Made by a program: the position numbers and the translations under genes
Source of the DNA: Camelus dromedarius
Taxonomy: Eukaryota
Direction of reading: 5' to 3'
DNA length: 64,000 bases
Assembly (NCBI RefSeq): GCF_036321535.1
Contig: NC_087436.1
Span: 13,764,001-13,828,000, forward strand
In this document: positions 12,567-25,937 of the stretch, one piece after another
How positions within the stretch are numbered: position 1 is the stretch's first letter
How the letters are laid out: every line of letters starts with the position of its first letter
The notes under the pieces: generated by a model
What the model saw: only the letters and a program-made list of their open reading frames with translations
What the model was told of the DNA's origin: nothing
The model's database searches: none

Positions 12567-12631
12567 ATTATGTTGTACACCAGAAATTGAGACAACATTG
12601 TAAACTGACTATACTTCAATTAAAAAAAGAA
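12567..12631 (+). mobile_element. Short L1 3' end (young family)
   Basis: tgtacaccagaaattgagacaacattgtaaactgactatacttcaattaaaaa; TSD-like aaaaatagtcatctt / agaaacagtcatttt. Confidence 0.8.
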
Positions 12632-12764
12632 AGAAACAGTCATTTTTCTCCACTTTTTTTAAACTCATAAAACTACAACAAAAAGGGTAAATTTGACTGC
12701 ATATAAATTTAGTTGATTAAATTCAAATTTTTAAATTAGATCACTTTTTTAAAAATTAAAGACA

Positions 12765-13505
12765 GTTTTTTAAACATGATCATTCTTATTTATCTCATCT
12801 GGCATGATAACATGAGATCTCCTTCTTAACAGATGAAGAGTTCAGTACAATATTGTTATCTACAGGCACCATGTTGCACATGGTTTCCAAAGCTTATTCA
12901 TCTTGCATAGCTGAAATGTATATATATTGATTGGCAACTCCCCCATTTGTCCCTCCTCCTAGCCTCTGATAACAACTGTCTGTCTCTCTTTTTTTTAAAT
13001 TGTATTATTTAATCTTACATACTTTTGGGGGGGTAGGTAATTAGGTTTATTTATTTATTTTTTAAATGGAGGTACTGGGGATTGAACCCAGGACCTCGTG
13101 CATGCTGAGCACACACTACCAATGAGCTATACCCTTCCTCCTACCATTCTCTTCTTTGCTTCTACGAGACTATTTTACATACCTTGTATAGTGTAATCAG
13201 GCAATATTTATCCTTCTATGACCAGTTTATTTCACTTAGCAAATGTCCTCAAGTTTCATCCATGTTGTTGCAAATGGTAGGATTTCCTTCTTTTTCTGTT
13301 GAAGTGCATATGTACAATATGTCTTTCTAGCTTATTTTATACCCAATAGTTTGTACCTCTTATTTCCCTCCTCCCTCCCCTCTCCCCATTGGTACCCACT
13401 AGTTTGTTCTCTATATCTGTGAGCCTGTTTCTTTTTTGTCATATTCACTGGTTTGTTGTATTTTTCAGTTTCCACATATAAGTGCTATCATACACTATTT
13501 GTAGA
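12765..13505 (-). mobile_element. L1 3' fragments containing a SINE
   Basis: L1MA-like antisense text (atttcacttagc, ttcatccatgttgttgcaaatgg, tttccacatataagtg). Confidence 0.8.
13023..13138 (-). mobile_element. tRNA-Ala-derived SINE nested in L1
   Basis: ggtaattaggtttattt...ggaggtactggggattgaacccaggacctcgtgcatgctgagc. Confidence 0.9.
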
Positions 13506-13619
13506 GACAAAAAATTTAAAGAGAGTCTAGCATGTGATTTACACAGGATGCCTTGAGTGTGGTCCTGCTACATGTTTAATGATGATTAAATGAATGTTAC
13601 ATGAATGGAGAAAAAAAAA

Positions 13620-14003
13620 AGTCACCTTCCCAGCCTCCTTTGCAACTTGCTTGCTATTTGGTCTACTTCTGGTCCATGTGATGCAAACAGACTTGTACTG
13701 GCATGGCTTCAAGGAAAGCTATTTTCCTAATGAAAAGGAATAGACTCAGCTAGGACAAGAGTTTTGCTCCGTGTTCTTCTTCCTGCTGGAATATAAGATG
13801 TGATGTACAGAGGTTTGGCAGCCATCAGACAAGCCTGAGGAAGAAAAGTACCTGTTGAGGATGGTGGATTGGAAAGGCAGAAGTCTGCATCCTAGAAGAA
13901 TTAGGAAATGCTAGTTTCCCTTTCAACATCTTGTTTTGTAAGCAAAAGTAATCCCTTCTTACTGTGGTCAAGTTTTCTGTTACTCATAGCTAGAAACAAT
14001 CCC
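13620..14003 (+). mobile_element. MLT1 (MaLR) solo LTR, MLT1J-like
   Basis: ttcccagcctcctttgcaact...gcagccatc...ttgaggatggtgg...ttttctgttactcatagct motifs. Confidence 0.65.
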
Positions 14004-14339
14004 AAGAGAGAGAAGGGAAAAAACCAACACAAAAGTGGAAGTAAACAATAATCATTAACAATAACCAATCTCAAAGATATTAACAGAATGCTCATATAAC
14101 AAGAGGAACTAGCAAAGTAATACTCGGTTTATTTTACAAGTGCAAATTCAAAGCACTTTCGTGCATTGTTTTATATCAAATTTGCACAATAAATAAAAGC
14201 AACAAAAGTAAATACAGACTAGACAGCTGCAGAGAAACAGTGCTTATCTCTTAATAAACTAGTTTATTCTCCAAGGGAGAGTCTACTGTCACCAGAACCA
14301 TCACTGCAAGTCTGTTTGAGTGGTGTACAGCTATGACTA

Positions 14340-15170
14340 CCACCTGTGAGATTTTCTCTACCTCCTCAATCTGCTTTGCAGCCGCTTCTCCTATACCCAG
14401 CCTTTGAAAGTAAGAGGATCCCATGGCTTGGTCCTGGATACCCTCTCTCTCTCTCTGGGCAAACTCATCCAGCCCTATGTCTTTAAATGTCTATAAGCCA
14501 GTGAGTCCCAAGTTATAATTTTAGCCCTACCCTGAAGTTCCACGATCATCTATCCAACTGCCCACTTGCCATCTCTACTTGAATGGCTAATAAGCATCTC
14601 AAACCTAGCATGTCCAAAACTCTTGAGTCCACCTACCCAAACCTGGTACAGCCCCACCCTTCCTAACTTCCAGTCCTTGGCAACACCATCGACCCAGTGG
14701 TTCAAGCCAAAAGCCCAAGGAGTCATATTTAATTCCTCTTTCCTTTCCACCCTTTAGATCTCTCCGCAAGTCCTGTGGTCCTCACCTCCAGAATAGTTCC
14801 CATACCTCTCCTTTCTTTCCGGACTGCTACCTGGACGGATGTGAGCGCCCCATCCCTCTCGTAGACTCCTACGACTGCCCTCTACCGGTCTCTCTGCTTC
14901 AGCTCTCACCACTTGTATCTCTGCTGTGCAATGGCCAAACTGATCTTAACACAGAATTCTTATTAGGTGTAAAACACTTCATTGGTTTCCCATACAATTA
15001 GAATGAAACCCCGACTCCTAGCCTTGTCCTACAAGGAACTGTGACATCTGGCCCTGCTCCCCTTTCTGGCCTCATCTACTGTCTTCCCCTTGATAAGTGC
15101 TCTTCAGCCCGGGGACCTTTGTGTCCTCCAAGCTCATTGGGCTTGACCCCCATTGAGGGGCCTTACTTGG
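14340..15170 (+). mobile_element. L2 fragment
   Basis: tatccaactgcccacttgccatctctacttgaatggctaataagcatctcaaacctagcatgtccaaaac is characteristic of L2. Confidence 0.8.
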
Positions 15171-15929
15171 CCTTATTTTACATGTTAGAAACTGAGACTG
15201 GAAGGGTCAATTGTTCATCTGGAGTTAGAATTCGGACTCTAATTTTACCGCACTATACTGTCTCTAAAGATAAGAAACAAGAACTCACTTGGAAACTTCC
15301 ATTGGTCTTCATGTTTTAATACTACTTATTTTAGGATGCTTGTAGGCAGGTTGGAATAGTCTATGACAACCCAGCTCTAGCCGTTAAGAAGAAGTTACTA
15401 TTGCACATATCCCTACAGAGCATAAACCTCTTATACACTTTCCAGGCGATAAACTAAGGTCAATATGAAATCCACTAAAATCCGTCATTTTTCTTCTGAG
15501 CCTCCGCACTTTGGGACAGACAGATCTTTTCCCTCTGCTGACACTTGAACATACTAGCTTATAGTCTATGTCAGCAAGTTGTTTGTGAAAATCTCAAAAA
15601 TAGTGACTGCCTTAAGTTAGTTGTTTGTACTTGTTATTAAAATGTTCTACTTGGGGATCCAAAATGTAAACCAAAGAGTAGAATTTATTTTTCTCTTCCT
15701 TGTTGTTGGAAAAGTTAAAGAAGTATATTTCATTCAGAAGGTTGGCGGGAATCGCAATTCTGTAAATTGAGTCAATTTCTTGGTAGATGATCTTGGAAAA
15801 ACTGTTTTTTAAGGTCCTTTAAAGTGGGGACCCATGAAACAAGACGTCTGGGAAGCAGTAACAGGAAGTAGTTTTTCAGCTCCATTCAACAGTCTGAAGT
15901 GATCCATTGTAAGCTTCCGCTTCTAGAAA

Positions 15930-16190
15930 TAATGATAATCTTCATAGAGTTCTCACGTCATGTCAAATCCTACCCTAAGGGCCTTGCTTATATTAAGTCA
16001 TTTAATCCTTCCAGCAAGCCTATGGGGTGTAGGTACTATTATTATCCTATTCTACAGATGGAGAAGTTGATGCACAGATAGAGGAAGTATGACTGCCCAA
16101 GGTCATAAACCAATAAGGTGCAGAGCTGAAATTCAAACCCAGGCTGGCTGTCTCCAAAATCCACATTCTTCATCACCAGAGCAATACCAC
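15930..16190 (-). mobile_element. MIR
   Basis: tcatttaatccttccagcaagcctatggggtgtaggtactattattatcctattctacagatggag...ctgcccaaggtca. Confidence 0.8.
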
Positions 16191-17029
16191 CCTTAGACCC
16201 TTATGTGAATGGGCAGTGATGTAATGGCGATCACTAGAAATGTAGGCAAAGCACAAGGGATTGGGGACACTGAATGAAGGCCATCATGGCACTAAGAAAA
16301 CTAACAAATTGCTTTTAAGAGGATGTCAAGCTGGTATAACTAACTCCAGGTCACTGAATGGGTCATGGTTCCAGAAAGAATGGCATGCTTAGTTTTGGAA
16401 ATGGGTCTGTCTGGGTTAGGTAACCCTAATGTAGGGTTATGAATATGAATTAAGACATGTGAACCCATGTTGCTGTCGGACCTCCCCAAACTAATACCCT
16501 CCATCGAGTCCCATAACTAGATCCGATCCAAAAGTTGCATAGCAACAATTCTTATCTGACTTGCCCGTCTGAACAATCTAACTGCAATTTTGGAAAATGG
16601 GTTTCACAACCTTGAACAAGGCATTCCACCTCCTGGGCCTTTTTTCTTGCCTAGAAACTAAAGCCCTAAAGTAATCTGACCTCTAAAGTCCTTTCCACGT
16701 CTAACGTTGAATGATTTTCTGGCCAGACCTGATGGCTTGGCAGCTGGAAGCCTGAACTGTTTTTATTCATCATTTCTTACAATTCCAAAGTCCACTGAGT
16801 AAAACAACTTCACGGCTTCCTGAATCTGCGTGCTTTCGGATTACAATCGTGTTAAGTTTGGCACTTAAAGTTCAAATAAAAAGCTGCCAGGTCAGCAGCA
16901 GAGAGCCAGATGTCCCAGTTCCCAGGTGATAAGGGAGGAGGGTTCTGTTTTTTCTGTGGCTCAGCCAGGACTGCCAGGCTCTGGCCACTGGCTAAGCTAC
17001 AGTCCGTGGAACCTGGTGTCCTGTCTGTG

Positions 17030-17170
17030 GGGCCTGGGCAAGTCACCTAACCTCTCTGTGCCTTAGTTTCTCATCTGTAAGATGGAGATGGTAATGGTCT
17101 ACCTCATCAGCTGTGGCAGAAAAATGAGTCCAGAGACACAAGCCCCTAGAGGAGTGGCTGGCCCATGTTG
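17030..17170 (+). mobile_element. MIR
   Basis: ctgggcaagtcacctaacctctctgtgccttagtttctcatctgtaagatggag. Confidence 0.8.
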
Positions 17171-17549
17171 CTTTGTTGCGATTGTTTCCTGTATTAAGGT
17201 AAACAAAATGAGACCTTGAAGGTCAACCCAAAGAGTCTGTGGGACCACAGCAACAGGAAACCTCCGGTGATGGCCCGGAAAATGCTTCTGCGGGTCAACC
17301 TTAATGCCAGGCCGTGTGAACCCATTGCCCTGGTGCTGTGAAAATGCTCCACTTCAGTGCATCCATCGAGACTCGTGTTTCAATTCCAGGCACACAGGGC
17401 AATAGAGGGCTTCTATTTTCCCTTCAACTGCAAATAAAACTGCCCACCAGTTGGAAAAGGAGCATCTTGAGTAAGACCCGATCTGGGTGATCAAACACAA
17501 CACGCTCACAGGGGACAGTAACTGCATCATGCGAAACTCAGCCTTCCCG

Positions 17550-18270
17550 ACACCTGGGTCTAGAAAGAAGCTGCAGACACGTGATCGGGGTGGGCGTTCG
17601 GTGCGGGGGTGGGAGGGGGGCGGTCCCACCGCGCGCGGAACTTGTTCCCTGCATCTCGCATCCCTGCGGCACCCTGGCCGCCTGGGCGGCGAGCGCAGGA
17701 GAGCAGGCCCTAGAAACCAGACAGGAGGCAAACAGAGGCCGGGAACACAACCTGAGCCAGTCGGCCGCCAGCGAGAACCTGGCAGGGGGAGCAGGAACAG
17801 GCGCAGCGCTGAGGCCTGAGGAGCCCGGGCCCGCGGGAGGCCAAGGGGCAGAATCACAAACAGCGGGGTGTGGACCTCGCGCAGCGGTCGCCACTGCTGC
17901 AGCCAAGGGGCTGCAAGGAAGGCCTCCAGCATCAGCCAGTAGCTCTTCGGAGCCGTCTGGATTCCCGGAAAGTAGGGAGAGGCGCATGGTGGGGTAAGAA
18001 ATCCGTCTAGCTCTAGGGTGACAGATTCGGTCCCAGCTGGCTGTGCCCCTGGCTCCTCCCCGGGCCCTGTTTCCTCTGTGAGCATCTTCAGCCCGGAGCT
18101 GCTGCGAGTAAACGACTGGCAGAGCTGAAGATCCGTAAATTGGTTAGCAGTCTTCGGCAATCACTTGTGTGTGAGGAGAGAAGAATCTAGACTAAAGCAG
18201 TAATAGCAACTTTGCTAAACAGCAATCAGGAGATGCCCCTCCCGCACCGCCCCCCCCCCCCGCCCCCGCC
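17550..18270. promoter_or_regulatory. Orphan CpG-rich island, candidate enhancer or promoter about 9 kb upstream of TMEM131L
   Basis: Locally high GC/CpG in non-repeat sequence, ending in a C-run (18237-18270); no exon recognised. Confidence 0.55.
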
Positions 18271-20404
18271 AGTGTGTAGGCAAATTCTTTTGTCAACCGG
18301 ATAGATCTGAAGAAATTACCCCTACCCACTCCCCTTAGAAATTATTTTTGCTCTCTGTTAAAGATCACTTCAGTCCTGAAAATGTTTATTGCTTTAGGTC
18401 AGCCTTAATTAGATTAAGGAAACTCTGCAGTATCATTTCATGATGATTAAGATGACATAATGACAACAGCCAAAAAGCGAATCATAATAAAACCCAGGGG
18501 TGGGAAAGATTCCAAGAAGCCCACTCTTATCAATGCCACAGACAGGACGGGTTGGTACTTCTTCTGGAAGGTGGCCTGATTACAGAATTAGAGACATAGA
18601 AATGGCCAGATCTTTTGACACAATAATATTCTTGGAAATTTATTTTGAAAAAAATCATTTTAAATGAGAGATACTTTGCAAGCTACTTATGGCAATGTTA
18701 TCTGTAGTAGCTCTAAACTGGAAACACCCCAAAGAAACCCAGGAACACAGAAATGGCAAAGATAATTAGGTTAGATTCACTGAAAAACTACTCAGTACAG
18801 TGACATATATATGTATATGGTTTTTAAAATACTGCACAGAGGAAAAGGTACATACACATGAGGTGGGAGTGAAACGGATGTCCAGGCAACAAAATTGGGC
18901 AAGGGTGGGGACAGTGTTTAATTCAGGCAGAACGTGGGGTTCATGAAGGAAGAGGGGAGGTCAGGTCCACTTGGAAGGGTGTAAGTGCTGGGATCCGCAC
19001 AGATGAGGCGTGTAGATTTCAACACAAACCAAGACCTGAAAAACTCAGGAGTCATAAACAACTGGAAGATTGTAGGAGAGAAGGTGGGTGAGGGGTGAAG
19101 TCAGTAACCTCCGTGGGCAAAGGGATCAGTGGCTGGGACTTCTCTCTGCCCCTCTGATGGGCAGATAATCAAAATCAGCTCTGAAGCCGGAGGCCAGTAT
19201 GCGGGTTGGTGGCTTGGAGGGAGCAGGGCTCTGAACAGGAAATGGCTAAGACGGTCTTTCTAGTTGTCAAAGGAAGTTGATGTAATGAAGACAAGACTCT
19301 GGGAAAATGTGGCTCAATTATTAAGCCCGAACAGTTCAGATCACCCCTGAAAAACAAGCCCAGGTGGTATCTTAAAAAGGTAAGAGGTTGAGAGAATTAG
19401 ATGAAATAACGTGTGTGTACACCTGAAACTAACACTGTAAATCAACTACATTTCAATTAAAAAAATTTTTTTTAAATATGTGTAGACACTCTGCCAACTG
19501 AGAAATGCTTTATAAATACTTGCTCTGAAGACCAGGGCTTTAGTCTATGAAAAAGACTGCAAAGTTAGCCAGTAGGTACATTAATCCTAAATCAATAGAT
19601 GACTTTATATATAAATTCTTCCAGCTCTAGTTCTGAACAAGTAATGATAAAATCATATGCTTGTATCTTAGCCATTTAAACAGATTGACTCTTTTCAAGG
19701 GATTTCTGGTGATCTGTAAGCTAGCCATAATTAAACTGATCACATGAATTAGTGAAATAGCCCCAAACACCAGATCAACCATAATTGGTTCAATGATTTT
19801 TGAATTCTGAATATTTTAAATCACACGAACACTCATTCATTCATTCATTCATTCATTCAGATCAGCCTGGAGAGGCACGGTGCGTCTGTATAAGCAGGGT
19901 AAAGTAAGGCAATAGAAAGTTACGGAACACTATAGACTTTAACAAAAGAGAAATACGAAAGTAGGGCTACATTATACAGATTGTCCTTTCTGCTGATCTC
20001 AGTGAATAAATAACTGACATTTTTGCAAAGAACAATATTTGATCTTTCTTGCTTGAGCTTAAAATTTGGCTTCACCAAGCCCGCTGAATTATGCTCACTG
20101 CGTGCACTTAACACGCACTTACACGTTCCCTTAATGTTTGACTCACCAGGGCCAAGAGTCAGCTTCTACCTCATGCCTCAGAGATATCAGGTTTCAACTC
20201 TCGATGTCTGAATCTAAACACCTTCCCCCAACCCACCCACCCCCTGTGCCTTATAAAAATGAAAACTTTCTTTTGATTTTCTCCTTGTGACCACTGGGGT
20301 CTAGGGCTATTTTCTTTCTCTACTGTTGTTAAACATCACTGGTATCATTAATCCCAGTTGGATGAAGGTATACGGTGGCAATTCCAGCTGAGAAAGGTAA
20401 TCAT

Positions 20405-20588
20405 TACTTTTTGTTTTCATATTCTTTTTCATTAAAGGCTATTACAAGATATTGAATATATTCCCCTGGGCCATACAGAAGAAATTTATTTTTTAAATCT
20501 ATTTTTATATATAGTGGCTAAAATTTGCAAGTCTCAAACTCCCAAATTTCTCCCTTCCCAGCCCCTTTCCCCCAGTAACCATAAGATT
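20405..20588 (-). mobile_element. Young L1 3'UTR fragment lacking the terminal ~75 nt
   Basis: Reverse complement of the same sequence as 31555-31730; TSD-like aaggtaatcat / aaggtagtcat. Confidence 0.8.
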
Positions 20589-22849
20589 AAGGTAGTCATC
20601 TTGACTTGATACCAGTTTATCCTTGTGATGAAAGTGCCATTTCATTTTTGATGGCTGTAATTTAGCATTTATCCCTGGCGCTGGATTTTGTGTTGCCTTT
20701 ATAAACACACACACACACGCACACGCACACGCACAAAGAGCCTAGTTCTTTTCAGGCAATTCTCCAGCTGTGAGTTTAGCAAGCCTTCCTGCTAATGGGG
20801 AGACGGACAGAATTACAGCTCCAAACATTCCCCTGCCACTGATCCAGAACATGTGTTATCATATCACACTGTAAATTGATTCCAAATCCCTGCCAACAGG
20901 GCACAGTCTGCATTCCAAATACCTGAGGCCTTGGGACAGTGAATTGTAAAGTAAGTAAGCTGTGCTTCCACCTTTAATTTGGTATAAGCATGAATAAGTT
21001 TGCTACACACAGTTGATTCCTAGAATATGTTGGGGGGTTTTTTCTGAAAACATAGAACAGCCCACAAAATCTCTACACCTTAGTGACAATAGACTTTATT
21101 TTGAAGATCCCCAGTCCCTTCAATTGTTAATGTCACTTCCAATCTCTTGGCGAAAGGTGCTTAACAGGAAATAGGGCAAGATGGAGGGGAGCGCACATTT
21201 AAGATAATAAAGTGCCTCTCTTTCAACTGATGAGAGACGTAAACAGTCTGACTGTGATGGTCTCCTGGGAGGAGAGGTCTAGGATTTCAAGTGGTATATA
21301 AACAGTTGCAGAATCTCTGCAATTACTTTGGAAATGAACTCCTGGCGCGGATGGCAATGTACAGAAGAAACATCTATTTTCAGTCCCATGCGTTTCCATG
21401 TGGATAACCTGAGCTGCTGTCAATTTACTCCTTATTCGGAATAATTGTATAGATTAGCGAACAACTATCACTAAAACTTCTCTTTATTTTTGTGACTTTT
21501 GAGGACTGACGAGTGGGAGCTGGGAAAAGAGACAGTAAGTGTCCCTTGACTGGCATTGGGAACATCTTGAGGATAAGCAGGGAGGTTGGTTGAATCTCCT
21601 CGGAAGCCTGGGGCCCCAGCTCGGTTACCACGGCAATACGGTTCCACCCAACAATTTCACGAGACAAGGTCTCCGTTGCTTCATCACTCTGGAACATTAG
21701 CCCCTCCCACTCTTCTTTGATCCAACTCTTTCTCATTAGGTCCTAAGAAAGAGCCGCATACGCACACATAGGAGCAGGGACTAAATACTTTCTGACAAGT
21801 GGATTAATGCCAGAGGGCAAACTGCCAGACAGGCTCCTCAAACTTTATAGAAGAGGGTTCCGCGTATTTTTCACATTAAATCTCATCATACATGGAAGAA
21901 TGGTGGTGTAATGGTGGCATGGCCTGGTTTTCCCCAAGTGAATCAGCCAGTGCTAATAAATAAAATGTGGCTAACTGAATAATCACCACAGTTTATTTTC
22001 AGGTTCGTCTGGCATAAAGAAGACATTGCTCCACTAGCCTGCAGGAGGCCTGGGTCTGGGGACCAGCTCAGGTCAACCAGCTGAGTGACTTCCACTTGTG
22101 CTGTCAGGGCCTCCGGTTCTTTAACTGCAAGAGGGAGGAGTTGGGCTGTGGTTGCATCCTGAAGCTCTCCCCTCGGGCTCAGACCCAGTGCTGCTCCTCC
22201 CTAGGGGTCCTTTCTGCTCTGAGAGTCAAGATTTTCTTGTCCATTTCCAGGCTGGTTGGTTTGATCTTGCTAACCTAAAACCTTTAAGATATGAAAACAA
22301 TAAAGTTGAAGAAGGAGGCTATATTCTCAAAATAAAGGAACTCTAACCTTATTACACCATTTTAAAAAGGTGTGGTTATGTCTGTTTGGGAAAGGCAATA
22401 CATAAGGCTGTAGTAGGAAAGAATAATTCAAGTCGGTCCAACTATAATAGATGTTTTCATTTCCTGAAAAGCCAAACGACAAACAACATCTAGAAAACTG
22501 ATTTAAATGCTATAGCAGCAAAAGTGGCTTCTTAAGTATCAAGACATAAGTCTATATGTTAAAAGTCCCTCTTGAGAAATGTTCTCCTATCTTTATTTCT
22601 GTGTATTCTGTTACAGCAGATATCATGGTTAGCATTTTGCTGCAAAAGCCGCTGACTATAAGCTCTTTGGATCCATTGACCTGGGTCCCCACTGAGAATC
22701 TTGGAACGCTCTGGAAGGAAGGAGGTCTGCTCTAGTTGGTTGTGAGATGAGAATATAAGAACCACCTGGAAAAGGGCAGGAGATACACTTGAAACTAACA
22801 TTGTAAATCAACTACACTTCAATTAAAAAACATTTTTTAAGGGGGCTGG

Positions 22850-23950
22850 AGACATTTATTCTGTACGACCTTGAGGAGGTGGCAGACAGGAAGAGATACA
22901 GTTTTCAAGGGGAAGGAGGGGGTAGGCTTCATAAAGATGACAGTTGAGCAGGACTTAACTTTGCAGCTACCCGGGGAATGAGCGCTCCGGGCAGAGGACA
23001 GCCCAGGCCCTGTGGCAGAAGTGTCCCTGCAGGAGGCCAAGGTGGCCAGAGTCGGGAGAGAGGGAGCGTTTGGAAGATGAGATCAGAGGGCAGAATGAGT
23101 GGTGTCTCAGGGGCCACTGTCAAAGCTTTGAAATGTACTTTTGCTTTGCAAAACATGGGGCATCAGGAAGGGTTTTAAATAGAGAGATCTCATCTGACAT
23201 ACATCTCAAGGGCTCCCTCTCTGGTCCTGAGAGTAGACTGTCCGAAGGCAAGGATGAAACAAACCAGTGTGGGGGCTAATGTGAAAATCTAGTCTAGAGA
23301 TTACAGCGACGTGGAGACGGTGTTAGCAGGAGAGGGCGTGGAGGTAGTCAGATTTCAAATCTGTTTTAAAAGTAGAGTCAACAGGATTTCCTGACATAGA
23401 TTGGATGTGGGATGTGAATTTAAAAAAAAAAAGAGTCAAATCTTTCTCAAAAAGAAACAATTATAGTGATAGTTAAGAGACGACTGGTTGCAAAGGGTTA
23501 GGGGTAGGGGTGTGGTTGATAGGGACTTTGTGACCAGGAAGGGAGGTTTTTTGGGGGATGATGAAGCTGTTCTGTATCCTTAAAGTGGTTGTGGTTACGT
23601 GAAATCTTTATCTAGCTAGCTGTCTGGTCAGTCTGTCTATCTATCTATCTATCTATCAAAATGCATAGAATTGCAATCCTCCAAAATAAATATTTTCTGT
23701 GATTAAAAAAAGAGTCAAACAAGGAATTATGTTTAATATCTTGTAACAACCTTAAATGAAAAAGAATATGAAAACAAATATATGTATGTATATGCATGAC
23801 TGGAACATTGTGCTGTACACCAGAAATCGACACATTGTAACTGACTATACTTCAATTAAAATAAATAAATAAATAAAGATGAAAATGAAAAAAAAGGAGC
23901 CAAGAATGACTCCAAGCAACCTGAAGAGTGGAGTTACCATCACCTGAGCT
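22850..23950 (-). mobile_element. L2 interrupted by two L1 3' fragments
   Basis: L2 antisense motifs (gtagagtcaacaggatttcctga, ttggatgtgggatgtga, caagaatgactccaag); L1 pieces on + at 23441-23704 and 23720-23887. Confidence 0.75.
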
Positions 23951-24084
23951 GGTGATAAAATGAAACATCCCACTCCGCCACAAATCTCTATTTTTCCTTG
24001 TGTTTTTTTTTTTTTAAATGATCTGCATTAACTGCATAATTTCGATGATCACTCCAGTTTCTACATAAGGTTGTTCTTTAAAAA

Positions 24085-24173
24085 AGTTATTTATTTACTT
24101 ATTTATAATATTTATTTATTTATTTTTCATGGAGGTCCTGGGTGCATGCTCCACCACTGAGCTATATCCATCC
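24085..24173 (-). mobile_element. Internally deleted tRNA-Ala SINE
   Basis: ggaggtcctgggtgcatgctccaccactgagctatatcc; TSD aaggttgttcttt / aagcttgttcttt. Confidence 0.75.
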
Positions 24174-24457
24174 TCCACAAGCTTGTTCTTTTGCCCAAAC
24201 TATTCTCCCTGCCTGTAATAACTCGTATTTCCCTCTTCCTTCTCTGCCACTCTCTTTATCACTAAAGGGTTAGTTCAAGCTCCACATCCTCCAGGAAGCC
24301 CACCCTGACCACATCCCCAGCAGAGCTCTACTATGGTTGTCTTCAGTGTGCTATCTGCCATGATTTATTTGAATGAAATACTATTATTCATGGAACTACT
24401 GTTAAGTGTGATCCTTCAATAGCTATTTTTGCTTAAGTTGTTACTGTCTTCAACTTC

Positions 24458-24822
24458 TTTTTTTCCAGTTTGATTGAGATATAATTCACATGTAATGTAT
24501 TCCTTTTAGATACACTGCCTAATGATTTTGTATAGGTATACAGTGGAAATTATCACCACAATAAGGTTAGTTAATATCCATCAAGTCACATAGTTACAAC
24601 TTTTTTTCTTGTGATGAGAACCTCTAAGAGCCATTCTCGTCGCAATTTTCAAACGTTTAATACAGTATTGTTAACTATAGTCACCATGCTGTACATCACA
24701 TTACATCCTCAGGACGTGTATGTCTTATAACTGGAAGTTTGTAGATTTGAACCCCTTCACTCATTTCACCCACTGACACCACTCCCCTCTACCTCTGGCA
24801 ACCACCAATCTGACCTCTGTCC
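24458..24822 (-). mobile_element. L1 3' end (L1MA-like)
   Basis: ttgagatataattcaca...cttgtgatgagaac...ctggcaaccaccaatctg; reverse complement of the 2770-3100 family. Confidence 0.85.
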
Positions 24823-25937
24823 ATTCGTCAGCTTCGAACTCTTTCTCTCATCTTCCACACCAAGAATCCGCTCAGCCCCAATCTGAGTTGCTACATACAG
24901 ACTTTAACACTGTCATGTTCCAGGCTGGGGTGGTGCCAAGGAGGCAGGTGATGTCCCTAGACCTGCTTTCAAAGGACTTTTTCCAAGTGCTTGTTTTATT
25001 TATTAAATGTCTATCTGCTATACATTTCTTTGTAAACTCTAAGTGGACTGCATCATTGGCCTTTGTTAACCATTTTGCTCTTCAGTTAAAACAGTTTTTA
25101 TTCAACTGTAAATATCATGATACAGAGTTAATAAGAGAGAACATCTAACTTTTTAAAGAAACATCTTGATTCCCTTGGTTTATGAAAAATATAATGGAAA
25201 TAAAACAGAATATTGATATAATAAAAAAAATTGTTCATCCTGCGGGGGTGGGGAGGTTTGTTTGGTCACCACCAGAATTGGTGGGTGCGACTGCTCGCCA
25301 TCCTGACATCTTTGGATGTTTCCGGACGGTGGACAACACAAAGGCTTTGGAAGCCGCGGGTCCTGATGCGCTGGGGTCGCGAGTGCAGGCATTTGGAGGC
25401 TGGTGAGGAGCTGACTTCAGGGAAAGGCTCCTGTCACCCAATCCCCCAACAGCGCTCAGCTCCCAGGGAAGCACCTCTGACCTCGAAAGTGCCAGCCCAC
25501 CTGTCCCAGGGCCAGACGTTAAAGGACTTCTGGGGAAAAATATGGGTGTCATTTCCACTTAACTTGTCCTGCTGTTGGTTTCAGGTATTTTTATAACAGG
25601 GAGAAAGGCAGTGAACTTTAAAATGGGGAAAGAAATCTCTGTTTCCCGGGCTCACTGTTTCTCTCCTTTCTCTGGGTGAAGGTTCCGGGCTTTTCATCCA
25701 GTGGAACGGTTCCAACTCCCACACCCAGAACCGTGACTCCGGCCCGATTTCTCTTCTGGGCGATGTCTTGCTAAGCGCTCACCCATGACTCTCCCTGGGA
25801 AATGTGTAGACTCCTCAGACTCAAAGAATTCAAAATTGAATGAGTCTCTCTTCCCCTACCTGCTTCTCTTCTATGACTTCTCTTGATTTCTTGCTCAATG
25901 TCAAATTAACTAGAAACCTTCTACTCTAGTTTCCCCC

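Noticed and set aside
17354..18160. 268-aa ORF and overlapping ORFs
   Set aside because: Non-ATG start, GC-rich composition and no recognisable domain.
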